In this document: piece after piece, positions 9,780 through 19,391 of the stretch
Layout of the letters: each line of letters opens with the position of its first letter
Numbering within the stretch: the first letter of the stretch is position 1
DNA from: a virus
Lineage: Duplodnaviria > Heunggongvirae > Uroviricota > Caudoviricetes
Length of the DNA stretch: 64,000 nucleotides
Virus record (IMG/VR): IMGVR_UViG_2630968701_000002
Strand: one strand, 5' to 3'
The notes under the pieces: generated by a model
Database searches by the model: none
What the model saw: the letters and a program-made list of their open reading frames with translations, nothing else
Told to the model about the DNA's origin: nothing
Program-made: the position numbers and the translations under genes

Positions 9780-10046
9780 TTACATGATGCAATAGCTTTT
9801 TTCTTTCCTTGTATGAAGAAATACAGCCATGTATGCATCATTTTCCGCCTCTTTTTGTGAAACATAAGTCATTCCTGTTTCTCGACTTTTCTTTTCACAT
9901 TCAGCACGGGAAACGTAGTCTTCAAACATTTCCTGTGTGATCGGCGATTCTAAAATATTTTCCTGAAATTTATAAGGAATCTTACAAAGAATCAGGACTT
10001 TTCTAAGATCATTTTTGATCTCTTTTCTGACTTCGAATGTATTCAT
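9780..10046 (-). CDS. hypothetical protein
   Basis: 88-aa ORF. Confidence 0.4.
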   Translation of the reverse strand: MNTFEVRKEIKNDLRKVLILCKIPYKFQENILESPITQEMFEDYVSRAECEKKSRETGMTYVSQKEAENDAYMAVFLHTRKEKSYCIM

Positions 10047-10143
10047 TTTGTTTTCTCCTTTCGTCAGATCATCTATATTTTAAATATGACTGTTTAGAAA
10101 TAGGATAACTGATGTTTTTGTTTCTAGCAAGTGGTTAGGCATA

Positions 10144-10872
10144 TTATCTCCCTGCCCAATCTACTTTAATATTGTATTCTTCGCAAAGCTCCTCAAATAC
10201 ATCTTCCATAACCAGAAATTTTCCCTGGCAAAAATCATTACTTGCCAGCCCAAGATTACTTTCGAATCCATTGACAAAAATATGTTCTAATGATCCATCG
10301 TAATCGATAATACATTTATTTCGAACATCTTCCAGAAATTCTTTTCCATCAAATAAATCTTCTTTTTCAATATCGCAGTTATTTGATTTTTGTACATCTT
10401 CTGGTTTTACATGATACAATTCTCCATTTTCTCCACAAGCAAAAAGAACTATTTTTTTTGTCTGATATATTATAGGAGTATCTAATTTCTCATTAACTGA
10501 ATTTTTCCAATGCGCTTTAATGTTATACTCTTCACAAAGTTCCGCAAAAAGATTTTCTGTAAGTAAAAAATTTCCCTGACTGAAATCGGAACTTATCAGT
10601 CCAAGATTGCTTTCATATCCATCTACAAAAATATGTGATAAAGTGCCATTATCATTTGTGATAAGCCTGTTTCGTACATTTTCCAAAAATTTTTTCCCAT
10701 CGATCAAATCTTTCTCATCTATGTCATGTGTATGAAACATTTCTTGAAAATCTTCTTTTTCGGAATTAGAGCTTAAATTTTTAGTTAGTGCTTTCATATC
10801 CCATTTCCTTGTATACAATTCTCCTTCTTTTCCATAGGCGAATAGGAGTAAGCCTTTTGATTTATATTTCAT
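10144..10872 (-). CDS. hypothetical protein with two internal ~120-aa repeats
   Basis: Repeat unit: LFA.G.EGELY...DLIDGK.FLE.VRN..I....G.L.HIFV.G.ESNLGL.S.DF.QG.FL..E..F.ELCEEYNIK. Confidence 0.5.
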   Translation of the reverse strand: MKYKSKGLLLFAYGKEGELYTRKWDMKALTKNLSSNSEKEDFQEMFHTHDIDEKDLIDGKKFLENVRNRLITNDNGTLSHIFVDGYESNLGLISSDFSQGNFLLTENLFAELCEEYNIKAHWKNSVNEKLDTPIIYQTKKIVLFACGENGELYHVKPEDVQKSNNCDIEKEDLFDGKEFLEDVRNKCIIDYDGSLEHIFVNGFESNLGLASNDFCQGKFLVMEDVFEELCEEYNIKVDWAGR

Positions 10873-11249
10873 ATGATTATCCTCTTACTTTTTGTCCAAT
10901 GAACTTTAATATCATGCTTTTTGCAAAGCTCTTCGAAACAATCTTCTGTAACCAAAAAATCACCCTGATAAAAATCATTATTAGCAATTCCAAGATTACT
11001 TTCAAAACCATCTACAAAGACATGTTCTAAGATTCCAGTACGATTTGTAATCCATTTTTTTCGAACATCATGCAAAAACTCTTTTCCATCAATTAGATCG
11101 TCTTCATTGATATCATAAGTATAAAGTTTTTGTATTTCCTCTGGTTTTCCACGAAATGTTATGGCCAGGTCTACAATATTCAATTGTTTTTGGTATAATT
11201 CTCCATTTTCGCCATGTGCGAACAAGAATATTCCTTCTGCTTTATACAT
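10869..11249 (-). CDS. hypothetical protein, a single copy of the same repeat domain
   Basis: MYKAEGIFLFAHGENGELY...FVDGFESNLGIANNDFYQGDFLV. Start overlaps the upstream stop (ATGA). Confidence 0.5.
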   Translation of the reverse strand: MYKAEGIFLFAHGENGELYQKQLNIVDLAITFRGKPEEIQKLYTYDINEDDLIDGKEFLHDVRKKWITNRTGILEHVFVDGFESNLGIANNDFYQGDFLVTEDCFEELCKKHDIKVHWTKSKRIII

Positions 11250-11269
11250 ATCGTTTCTCCTTACTTAAT

Positions 11270-11524
11270 TCATTCAGCTCGTTGCAATTCTAATAATTCT
11301 TCATCTGAAATTTCAATGATGTAATATCCTTTGTATTGCCTTCTTTGCTCGTAATCCATTTCGCATTTATTACAATAGTAATCCTCAGCTTCATCGATCA
11401 CAATGTATTTCCATTGAGTGTTTTCTCTTATATAGTATCGGAACCAATTTGGAATCCGAATACGAGATTCTTCATTATGTAAAATACACCATCGTTTGAA
11501 AGCACTTCTCATTGTATGTTTCAT
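11270..11524 (-). CDS. hypothetical protein
   Basis: 84-aa ORF. Confidence 0.4.
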   Translation of the reverse strand: MKHTMRSAFKRWCILHNEESRIRIPNWFRYYIRENTQWKYIVIDEAEDYYCNKCEMDYEQRRQYKGYYIIEISDEELLELQRAE

Positions 11525-11688
11525 TTCTTGTTTTCTTCTCCTTTTAATCTGCCATATACTTTATTTTCTCCTTTCTCATTATTTGTCATATTTTCAAAAT
11601 ATTTGATCCATTTCAGCAGTTTGTCATTTGCATTTTCTTTCTTAGGTCTTATGCTGCTTTTTCTGTTAGAACAGTTTCTAGGATTCAT
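11521..11688 (-). CDS. small hypothetical protein (55 aa)
   Basis: ATG at 11688 with AAGGAGG RBS. ATGA overlaps with both neighbours. Confidence 0.3.
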   Translation of the reverse strand: MNPRNCSNRKSSIRPKKENANDKLLKWIKYFENMTNNEKGENKVYGRLKGEENKK

Positions 11689-12284
11689 GAGATTTCGCCT
11701 CCTTTACAATATACCATCTGAATTTCAAAAGTTTTTGGGTCAATCTGACAGACATGAATTTTTCCATCCGCATATCTTAAGCAGCTTGCGGTTCCTCCCT
11801 TTTCTTTTTTATAATCTTTTGAAAACGGAAAAAATCCGATCACCATTTGGCTGTTATCTACCATCATCTCATTTCTGACCAACATGGCATCAATCTCTGC
11901 TTTTTCTTTTGTCATATCGAGATTTTGTGTTTCTGACACATTGATCACCTGATCAGCCAAAGCAAGCATTTTCTGATAGTCTTTCTGACCAAACATTCCG
12001 GTTTTCTTCCACAAACGTTCCTGTCCCTGAAAAGGAATGTATACAATATTTTGAATGTCGTATTCTTTTTTCAGACTGTTTACTGCCCAAAATGCCAACT
12101 GATCAAATCCCTGAGCTCCGCCTGTGATATAATTTTTAATCCCAAATTTTGCAAAACCACGAATTACTTCTTTTAGTTGATCTACGATCTTCTGATATTC
12201 CTCTTTCTTTGTGTATCCATATAATTTTGCAGGTCTTGGACCAGTAAAACAAATTGTATCAATATTTTCAAATATGTTATTCAT
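11685..12284 (-). CDS. YpsA/DUF1273-like SLOG-domain protein
   Basis: Motifs ICFTGPRP...ITGGAQGFDQLAFWAV...IPFQGQERLW. Start refined to MNNIFENI, with AGGAGA RBS. Confidence 0.5.
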   Translation of the reverse strand: MNNIFENIDTICFTGPRPAKLYGYTKKEEYQKIVDQLKEVIRGFAKFGIKNYITGGAQGFDQLAFWAVNSLKKEYDIQNIVYIPFQGQERLWKKTGMFGQKDYQKMLALADQVINVSETQNLDMTKEKAEIDAMLVRNEMMVDNSQMVIGFFPFSKDYKKEKGGTASCLRYADGKIHVCQIDPKTFEIQMVYCKGGEIS

Positions 12285-12399
12285 GCTGCATATCTCCTTT
12301 TCAAATTTTCTTTTAATATAAATATGAGAGAAATTTTCTTTTTCAAAAATCACATATAAGAAAATTGACAAAATCCTTTCAAAGCGATATTATATCTGT

Positions 12400-12470
12400 A
12401 TGAAAGCTCTTAAGAGCACTAAGTGATGGTGGCATTACTTTCGATAAAGAGATCTGATCATTTGTATCAG
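12400..12470 (+). ncRNA. candidate small plus-strand RNA (antisense orientation relative to all neighbours)
   Basis: Promoter TTGACA (12365-12370), 17-nt spacer, TATTAT (12388-12393). Hairpin agatctgat..atcaggtct followed by TTTTTTGG at 12439-12470. Contains only an 8-codon ORF. Confidence 0.3.
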
Positions 12471-12543
12471 GTCTTTTTTGGTTACAAAAAAAAGAGGCAG
12501 TTACGCCTCTTCTTTTGATATATAATTTTCTCATTATGAAATT

Positions 12544-13401
12544 TTATAATAAATCCTTTTTTGTTAAAACATAACACTCTTCTTTTGTGTCTTCCATTAT
12601 TCCATCTATTACAACATATCTTTCCTGTCTTGCAATCCTTTCTATATCTGTAGTATCAAGATCACAAAGATGAGCCTTTTTCTTTGAAAGACAGAATTGA
12701 TTCCCTTTGATAAAACGGATTCCTAATTCGTGTGCAATTTTTCTTAAATTACTAATTTCCATAGAATCAGTCAAGTCAATATGTGGAACACCAGAAGCAT
12801 TGCGATATAAACTAGTAAAAGCTGTTACATGATGTAATAGATTTCCGATGCTATAACCCACATGATATACCTCTTCGCAAGAATACTGATCAATTAATTT
12901 GACATCACTACATTTTGATGAGTATCGATCATACAACAGCTTAACCATATATCCCTCATTTAATAACCCCATCACCATATGATGGAATGGATAGTTTGAA
13001 GAAATTGAATTATGTTGTGTTTTTATCCAATTTTTGATTGCATCTTTTGGAGCGTCCGTTTCAAAAATGATAGATTCTTTCTCATCATTACCAGAATCTG
13101 AAAGATATACTTGAATAGCTCTTGGTTCTGCTTTCGCAATATTTTCTTCCATTACTTTTTTGCTCTCTAACAGATAATCTTCAAAATTTTTTTCTGTCAT
13201 AAAGAAAAATAATGATTTGAAATCATCCTTATTTTCTGCTTCTAAGTACAATCTTAAAAGTTCATCAGCGATTCCAGTTACTTGAAAATCACATTCTTCG
13301 ATAAGATCCGCTAAGATCGTATCTGCATCACGAAATCTTACGCCATCTGGTTGTTTTGTTGATAATTCCATTACTTCTTCTACTAATTTTGTTAGATCCA
13401 T
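12544..13401 (-). CDS. hypothetical protein (intact paralog of the split gene at 26363-27212)
   Basis: 285 aa, with motif DADTILADLIEECDFQVTGIADELLRLYLEAENKDDFKSLFF. Confidence 0.5.
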   Translation of the reverse strand: MDLTKLVEEVMELSTKQPDGVRFRDADTILADLIEECDFQVTGIADELLRLYLEAENKDDFKSLFFFMTEKNFEDYLLESKKVMEENIAKAEPRAIQVYLSDSGNDEKESIIFETDAPKDAIKNWIKTQHNSISSNYPFHHMVMGLLNEGYMVKLLYDRYSSKCSDVKLIDQYSCEEVYHVGYSIGNLLHHVTAFTSLYRNASGVPHIDLTDSMEISNLRKIAHELGIRFIKGNQFCLSKKKAHLCDLDTTDIERIARQERYVVIDGIMEDTKEECYVLTKKDLL

Positions 13402-13430
13402 AATTTTTCTCCTTTACTTTTTCTCTTAAT

Positions 13431-13516
13431 CGTCATTAAATTATATTTTAAATATGAGATATAAAGCAAAAGATAAATTTCATATATAAAAAAAGAGACC
13501 AAATGGTCTCTCTTTG
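13431..13516 (-). promoter_or_regulatory. conserved intergenic cassette copy
   Basis: Plus-strand text cgtcattaaattatattttaaatatgagatataaagcaaaagataaatttcatatataaaaaaagagaccaaatggtctc. Confidence 0.6.
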
Positions 13517-13539
13517 AATTAATATTTTTTTCTAAGAAT

Positions 13540-14475
13540 TCACTTATTTTTGCAAATTTTCTTATTTTTATATAAAAACTTATCATTCTCATACCAAGAT
13601 CCAGCAACAACGCCGCTACGATGTATGATGACAACATTAAGCCATGCTGGATATCTACCAGACACATGTTGGGCAAGATGATCTCCGACACATAATCTAA
13701 CAGGAATGTCTTTATACATCCCATTTATGTAATGATTTCTTCGGCGTATATCGGTATCTTCAGTAATATTAAGAGCTGTTTTTACCTTATTAAATACCTC
13801 TTCTGTCTCAGTATTACCCGGCAACAAACGATTAAGATACATTGGGGTTTTATATTTTACATACTCATCTATATCAAAATCTTTATCAACAGTCACTCGC
13901 AAACAAAGCTTATCCCCAGCAAAAAGTTTGAATTTTTCAATTGATATAATATCTGTATCAGTACAAAATAATTCTTTATTGATTTTATCATTTGCTGAAT
14001 TCCGATGTAGATTAATATACTTGATATGTGATACATCATATGAATTATCTATGTTTGCACCATTTGTATTCCATGTGATTTTTACATTTGGACAATACTT
14101 TTGTATAATATCTACCAGCTTATTGAATTTGTCAGATGGAAGGCTTCCACCTGTAATAGAGACTTCATTAAAATCATGCTTCTCTTTCAATACGTCTTTA
14201 CATGTTTCAAGAAAATCATCATAGTTTATAACATTCTTACGCAAATCTTTATCAATACAGTAAGGACAATTTGCAAAACACGATCCTGGAAGATTTATTA
14301 CGAGCGTTTTTGCAAAATCAAGGACAGGACGACCAAATAGATTACGAATGTGAGCTTCATATTCTGATTGATCAATGTCCAAAAGTGCTTGCTGATGGAT
14401 TTTATATTCAAGTTGTTCTAAATTAATTGTATCTGATTCCATAATGATTCTTTGTTGTGAATTCATTTTATTCAT
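13540..14475 (-). CDS. radical SAM domain protein
   Basis: CxxxCxxC cluster in PGSCFANCPYCIDKD, followed by a Gly-rich SITGGS motif. 311 aa with no obvious C-terminal SPASM Cys cluster. Confidence 0.55.
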   Translation of the reverse strand: MNKMNSQQRIIMESDTINLEQLEYKIHQQALLDIDQSEYEAHIRNLFGRPVLDFAKTLVINLPGSCFANCPYCIDKDLRKNVINYDDFLETCKDVLKEKHDFNEVSITGGSLPSDKFNKLVDIIQKYCPNVKITWNTNGANIDNSYDVSHIKYINLHRNSANDKINKELFCTDTDIISIEKFKLFAGDKLCLRVTVDKDFDIDEYVKYKTPMYLNRLLPGNTETEEVFNKVKTALNITEDTDIRRRNHYINGMYKDIPVRLCVGDHLAQHVSGRYPAWLNVVIIHRSGVVAGSWYENDKFLYKNKKICKNK

Positions 14476-14499
14476 AATTTTTCTCCTTATTTCTCAATT

Positions 14500-14586
14500 C
14501 GTCATTTTATTACATTGTAAGTATGAGATATAAAGAAAAAGATAAAATCCATATATAAGAAAAAGAGACCAAACGGTCTCCTTTTG
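14500..14586 (-). promoter_or_regulatory. conserved intergenic cassette copy
   Basis: Plus-strand text gtcattttattacattgtaagtatgagatataaagaaaaagataaaatccatatataagaaaaagagaccaaacggtctc. Confidence 0.6.
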
Positions 14587-14592
14587 AATTAA

Positions 14593-14824
14593 CAATTTTC
14601 TGTATTTTTAAAACCCACATTCTCGACAATTTAATTCCCTTTGCCATGATTCATTAATGAAATCATCATCAACTTCTGATTCATCTGGGTTATGATCATA
14701 TTCAAAATATAATCATCAATAGAATCGCCATTGTCATTGATTCTCTGAACTTTTGCATAATATGTAAGGAATTCTGCATCTTCTGTTTTTCAAATTACAT
14801 ATTTTACGATATACTGCGGGAATT
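14593..14824 (-). pseudogene. decayed gene remnant abutting the IscB-1 right end
   Basis: Protein-like segments in different frames (EDAEFLTYYAKVQRINDNGDSIDD / YFEYDHNPDESEVDDDFINESWQRELNCRECGF) with no start codon or RBS. Confidence 0.3.
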
Positions 14825-14872
14825 CTCGGCCATTCAATGACCGAGATGAAAGCAGGAGGCTCTTTTGAGCCA

Positions 14873-16285
14873 TCATCCCTTTCCAAGGGATCGTCTTGCT
14901 CCTATCGCCCAGTTCCCACAATGATGCAAAATCTTGAGTTTTGACAGACTGACCTGTTTGTATTTTGGAGATGTCCGGATATATTGGTCATTCTCATCTT
15001 TTACATAACAGGACTTATCAGTAAAGCCAGAGATCCATCCCTTCTTTCCATTCAACTCTACACGATCGAACAGACAGCCAGTGATCGATATCTTCTTCTT
15101 ATTCTTCCTTTTTGTAACAGTAACTGCTTTTGTGTTCTTATCATATCGTGAAGCTTTACGGTTTGGTTCCTTGCGTCCTTTTCTCGGAGTTTCCTCATGT
15201 AAAGAACGTTTCTTTCTTCGGACCTGCTGGATATAGATCACGGGTTCTTTATCCTTTACTGTCATGATCCCAGTCTTTACGATAGCGATCGCAGTCGCAT
15301 CATTTCCATGACTTTTTGGAAGTCTCAATCTCTCACGGTCTGCTTTTGTGATGTTTCCATAGGTAAACGTTGCTCCTGGGAATGCTTCTATCAGACGTTT
15401 CCGTAAGATGTTCATGAAGGTGGCATCTCTCAGTCCTCTGGTGAATTTCTTCTGCTTCTGCATCCACTGATAGAGAATGCCTCCCTGGTGATGGTTCTCT
15501 GTGTTATGGCAATCGCTGCACACCGTAGCCATATATTGTGGATCATCGGTCGCTCCATAACTCCGGTACAGGATATGGTGTACATGCAGTTTTCCGCCTT
15601 TCTTCCCACATACCTGACAAGTGTATCTGTCACGATTGAGAACATAAGCTCGGACATTTTCATAGTCATACTGTGGTCCTTTCTGGTACAGTTCTCCATG
15701 AATCTCAGGATCTTTTAATCTTGCCGGATCAAAACGGCCAAGCTCGATCGAAAGACGGTATCCCTCTGGAAGAAGATCCTGCAGCTTTTTGATCCACCGG
15801 ATATGATGATCTGTCTTTGACTGCAGCGATGGCGGAAGCCACCCTTTCGGCCGTTTGGATGTGAACGTGATCTCTTTTTTCTTCCAGTGCCTTCTCTTTC
15901 GGTCTGGAATCTCACAATAGACACGTTTGGCTTTTGGTCGCCATTTTGGATGACGGTATCTGGTCTTTCGATGACGTCTTCCTCTTCTTGAGGAAGCTCT
16001 TGACTGCATCAGTTTTCTTTTACTCATGGAATCTCTCAGACCGATCTCTTCTTTATGTAAGACTGCTCCATCTTCACGAACGACGGATACTCCGATATGC
16101 TGTGATCCAGTATCGATCCCTAGATAGCCGGATTGTGTCGTACTGCCTGTCTTATAATTCAGTTTTATGGTAAATGGGACCTTCCGATAAACAGAAGCTT
16201 TCCCATGTTTTAGCAATAAACGGGCTTTTCTCTCAGATGTAGGCATCAGCCGGCATCCGTTCAGCCCTACCACGAATACGCTCAT
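14873..16285 (-). CDS. iscB: IscB (OMEGA RNA-guided nuclease: PLMP + RuvC + HNH)
   Basis: Start MSVFVVGLNGCRLMPT (PLMP motif) with AGGAGG RBS. RuvC-I LGIDTGS. HNH CQVCGKKGGKLHVHHI...CSDCHNTENH. 471 aa. Confidence 0.8.
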   Translation of the reverse strand: MSVFVVGLNGCRLMPTSERKARLLLKHGKASVYRKVPFTIKLNYKTGSTTQSGYLGIDTGSQHIGVSVVREDGAVLHKEEIGLRDSMSKRKLMQSRASSRRGRRHRKTRYRHPKWRPKAKRVYCEIPDRKRRHWKKKEITFTSKRPKGWLPPSLQSKTDHHIRWIKKLQDLLPEGYRLSIELGRFDPARLKDPEIHGELYQKGPQYDYENVRAYVLNRDRYTCQVCGKKGGKLHVHHILYRSYGATDDPQYMATVCSDCHNTENHHQGGILYQWMQKQKKFTRGLRDATFMNILRKRLIEAFPGATFTYGNITKADRERLRLPKSHGNDATAIAIVKTGIMTVKDKEPVIYIQQVRRKKRSLHEETPRKGRKEPNRKASRYDKNTKAVTVTKRKNKKKISITGCLFDRVELNGKKGWISGFTDKSCYVKDENDQYIRTSPKYKQVSLSKLKILHHCGNWAIGARRSLGKG

Positions 16286-16590
16286 GGCTGGTCCTCCTTG
16301 TATTGTAATAGCAGGTACACAAAAGTCCTGCTCTCCCGGATGGGAGTGATCACCCTTCGACAATGTTCCAGATACTTCTTGCTTCAGGTCAGTGTTTTCT
16401 TCTCCTGAAAGACATCCGTTGCCTGAACCCTGTTCTCGGCTAGGGTACCACCGGGTCGGGTATTGATATCTGGGACGTAGCACTCAGTATCCAACAAAAA
16501 TGGATTCCCTTGCGCTGAGTCTAGTCAGCATGCCCTTTCGGGGACCATGAAATGACCTTGCACACTTCTTAGTATGTTCGGTTATTCAAT
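16286..16590 (-). ncRNA. candidate IscB omega RNA (5' of iscB)
   Basis: GC-rich, hairpin-rich 300-nt non-coding stretch between the element end and the iscB start, matching the known position of omega RNA. Confidence 0.45.
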
Positions 16591-17321
16591 GGCCGAGAAA
16601 CTGACCAATCTTTCCAATCAACTCCAATTTTCCTTAATTCTTCATGCGCAATCTTTTTCTCATCTTCTGTCAGATCATGATAATCTATTCCAATAGAAGA
16701 TAAAAGCATAATCGGACTCATGAATTTGATCATATCTTTCTTCTGAATTTTTTCTGAGATAATGCGTCGAAGAAGTTTATGATTGTTCTCCATATTTTTC
16801 AATGATTTTTCAAGATTTTCTTTGTACTTATTCGCCTGATCAACAATCTCTTGTGAATCTACATAGCAACGACAAACATCACATCGGTATGGAAACTGTA
16901 TTTTTAGCATCTGATACATTTCTTTAAATCTAGTTGATTCATACCATGTTGGAAGATAATGAAATTGTAAGATAAAATAATTCTCTAAGAAATATTTTTT
17001 TTGCACATATTCATCGCGAGTATATGACATTTCTTTCATTTCTTCGTCTGTAAAAAGCCCATCGTTTAATTCTTTGACATACAGAGTAAAAAGTTGATCA
17101 TCATCTGTAATATCATAATGTCCATATCGTTGATATTCATTTGCGTGATAAATATATCTTTTGTTTTTGAATACTAACATAGAATATCCTATATTTTGTC
17201 CAAGATTAATAAAAAAACATTCAAACCCTTTGATATTGATACTCTTTATTGCAGCTTCTTTGATTTGCTCATATGTTAACTGACAGGCATCCTTTGGATT
17301 CGTACATTCCAATATTTTCAT
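16569..17321 (-). CDS. hypothetical protein whose last ~10 codons run into the IscB-1 end hairpin
   Basis: 250-aa ORF. The C-terminal ...WSVSRPLNNRTY is encoded by ctcggccattgaataaccgaacatac, which is IS-end sequence. Confidence 0.45.
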   Translation of the reverse strand: MKILECTNPKDACQLTYEQIKEAAIKSINIKGFECFFINLGQNIGYSMLVFKNKRYIYHANEYQRYGHYDITDDDQLFTLYVKELNDGLFTDEEMKEMSYTRDEYVQKKYFLENYFILQFHYLPTWYESTRFKEMYQMLKIQFPYRCDVCRCYVDSQEIVDQANKYKENLEKSLKNMENNHKLLRRIISEKIQKKDMIKFMSPIMLLSSIGIDYHDLTEDEKKIAHEELRKIGVDWKDWSVSRPLNNRTY

Positions 17322-17341
17322 AACTTTTCTCCTTTTGAAAC

Positions 17342-17968
17342 TTAGTTTTGTTCTGCGTATATATAGTAATCTCCTTTTGCGAACCTAGCACATAGCTCAT
17401 GATAGTTATCTGTTGTCAATAAATCTTCAATTTGAGTGCGATAACAATCTGCTTTATGTAATTTTGCTAATTCGCATAAATCACTTGTCCAAAGTGTAAA
17501 TTCAAGTTTTTTAGCGATCTCATCACCCTCATATTTTGATAATACATCTGCAAAATTGTGACGTATTTCAGCTTTTCTTCTTGCTTTGTCAAAGTCAAAT
17601 TGACGCATAATCATATCTGAATGTTTCGATTTATGAATGATACCTTCCATTTCTGATTTTAGCCGATTTAATTTTCCAAAATTTTTTGAATAATTATCAT
17701 ACACTATCAATTCTACGTATTTCATGAAATCTAAGATTGAAAAATCGGATTCGTCCAAATCTTCATTGTAATATTTCTTGGCCAATTTTTTTGTTACATC
17801 AAAAAAAGCTATTTTTACATTTATAACTTTATTGTGGCTCAAATTCGACATACGCTCATGTAACAAGCAATCTGTTTGATTTCTAAATTCTGTACCATCG
17901 TCCGCACGATAAATGATTTCCATGAACTTTCTCCTTTTTTTAATTATAAATCCAATTGCATTTCCCAT
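17342..17968 (-). CDS. hypothetical protein (paralog of 2447-3004)
   Basis: 208-aa ORF. Confidence 0.5.
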   Translation of the reverse strand: MGNAIGFIIKKRRKFMEIIYRADDGTEFRNQTDCLLHERMSNLSHNKVINVKIAFFDVTKKLAKKYYNEDLDESDFSILDFMKYVELIVYDNYSKNFGKLNRLKSEMEGIIHKSKHSDMIMRQFDFDKARRKAEIRHNFADVLSKYEGDEIAKKLEFTLWTSDLCELAKLHKADCYRTQIEDLLTTDNYHELCARFAKGDYYIYAEQN

Positions 17969-18341
17969 TTTCTACAAGTCCATGGATACTGTAGCCATCT
18001 GAATAAATATCAATCTTAGATTGATCTTCCAAAAATGGGGTAAGTGTTTCAAACATCTCTTTCATAACTGTGTCCCATCCATAGCTAGCATCAAAATCAT
18101 TATGATATTTTTTCCAGCCAGAAACTTCTTCCATGCAATAAGGGCTTGATTTCCATCCAGCAAGGCAGTTTCTGATGAGATCATCCAGTTTTTCTGTCCC
18201 GACTCCAAAATCAGCAAACTCTTCAAAATTGTACTCTGTTTTGTCATCCTGCAGCATATGTAATCTTAATGCTTCTGCTGCCTTTTCTTCTGAATTATGT
18301 TTAACTTTAATTTTCAAACCAACACTATAACACTGTCCCAT
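17940..18341 (-). CDS. hypothetical protein
   Basis: 133-aa ORF. Confidence 0.45.
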   Translation of the reverse strand: MGQCYSVGLKIKVKHNSEEKAAEALRLHMLQDDKTEYNFEEFADFGVGTEKLDDLIRNCLAGWKSSPYCMEEVSGWKKYHNDFDASYGWDTVMKEMFETLTPFLEDQSKIDIYSDGYSIHGLVENGKCNWIYN

Positions 18342-18356
18342 AGTAATCTTTCTCCT

Positions 18357-19358
18357 TTATTTCTCAAATCGAATTTCCATATCTTTTGCTAATGCATATC
18401 CATACTCCTGATTTGCTCCTGGACTTGTCCTCCAATCTTTTAGCATATAAATGATGTCGCAGTCCTTTAATAATTGAAAAGATAATTCCATATAATCTTC
18501 ATAGGAAGCATCTTTTAATTTTGTTCCCTCATATGCAGGATTTACAACTTCATATCCCTGTTCTGAGAATTTTTTTTCTGCAGCTGCAAATCGTTCCAGA
18601 TAATCATCTGTCCCAGAAATTTTTCCAGAAATATAAATTTTTCGATTTTTTTTGCTGAAATCAACTGTATGTAAGATATCAAACAATTTTTTGATTTCTG
18701 GGCTACAGTCTGTAAACAAGTCCTTTGGAGACATTGCATACAGTCTTACATCTTTATCATACTTAGACTCATATTTTTCCAGATAGTTGACTCCATCTCG
18801 ATAAGTCAGGAAAAAGATCCCTGGATGTAGATACAATTCTTTGACAAAATATCTTAATTCTGCGTGATGGATTGTGTACCCCATAACCCATTCTACAATT
18901 GAAAGCATTCCATTTCTTTCGATTTTGTCTAATGATGCATCCCATACAATTTTTCCAAGATCATTTCTTCCATGGATCAGGACTCTATAATCATGGATCA
19001 GTTCAACCTGATATTTTTCTCCAAGATCATCACCTTTAATGATATTCTGAATTGCCTGATACAGCTGCTGTGGAGTTGCCATATGAACATCATCAATATA
19101 TAACTCCGCACCATCAGCAATCTGGTTTAAGATTTCTACCGTATCTGGATCATTTCTAAGATCCGTTTCAATATTATCAAGATATTTCTTGACTGGTTCT
19201 TGAATTACCCAAATACGAGGATCAGCCTGAGCCCATGTATGCTGCGTATTCATCTCCTTCTGCAGTTCCTGCAAAAAGTCTAATTCTTCATCTGTAATTC
19301 GATGTTTTTTGTAAGAATCAACATGATATGGATACTTTGTAAATTCTCTTTTTGACAT
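18357..19358 (-). CDS. hypothetical protein with C-terminal DUF4406 / nucleoside 2-deoxyribosyltransferase-like region
   Basis: C-terminal motif YISGKISGTDDY...MLKDWRTSPGANQEYGYA. Confidence 0.4.
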   Translation of the reverse strand: MSKREFTKYPYHVDSYKKHRITDEELDFLQELQKEMNTQHTWAQADPRIWVIQEPVKKYLDNIETDLRNDPDTVEILNQIADGAELYIDDVHMATPQQLYQAIQNIIKGDDLGEKYQVELIHDYRVLIHGRNDLGKIVWDASLDKIERNGMLSIVEWVMGYTIHHAELRYFVKELYLHPGIFFLTYRDGVNYLEKYESKYDKDVRLYAMSPKDLFTDCSPEIKKLFDILHTVDFSKKNRKIYISGKISGTDDYLERFAAAEKKFSEQGYEVVNPAYEGTKLKDASYEDYMELSFQLLKDCDIIYMLKDWRTSPGANQEYGYALAKDMEIRFEK

Positions 19359-19391
19359 AAAATTTTCTCCTTTTTTAAATAAAAACTTTGA

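Larger units (their letters stand above)
14825..16610 (-). mobile_element. IscB-encoding IS200/IS605-type element (IscB-1)
   Basis: Bounded by related imperfect palindromes: ctcggccattcaatgaccgag (14825-14845) and cggttattcaatggccgag (about 16589-16607). The interior is much more GC-rich than the flanks. Confidence 0.65.
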
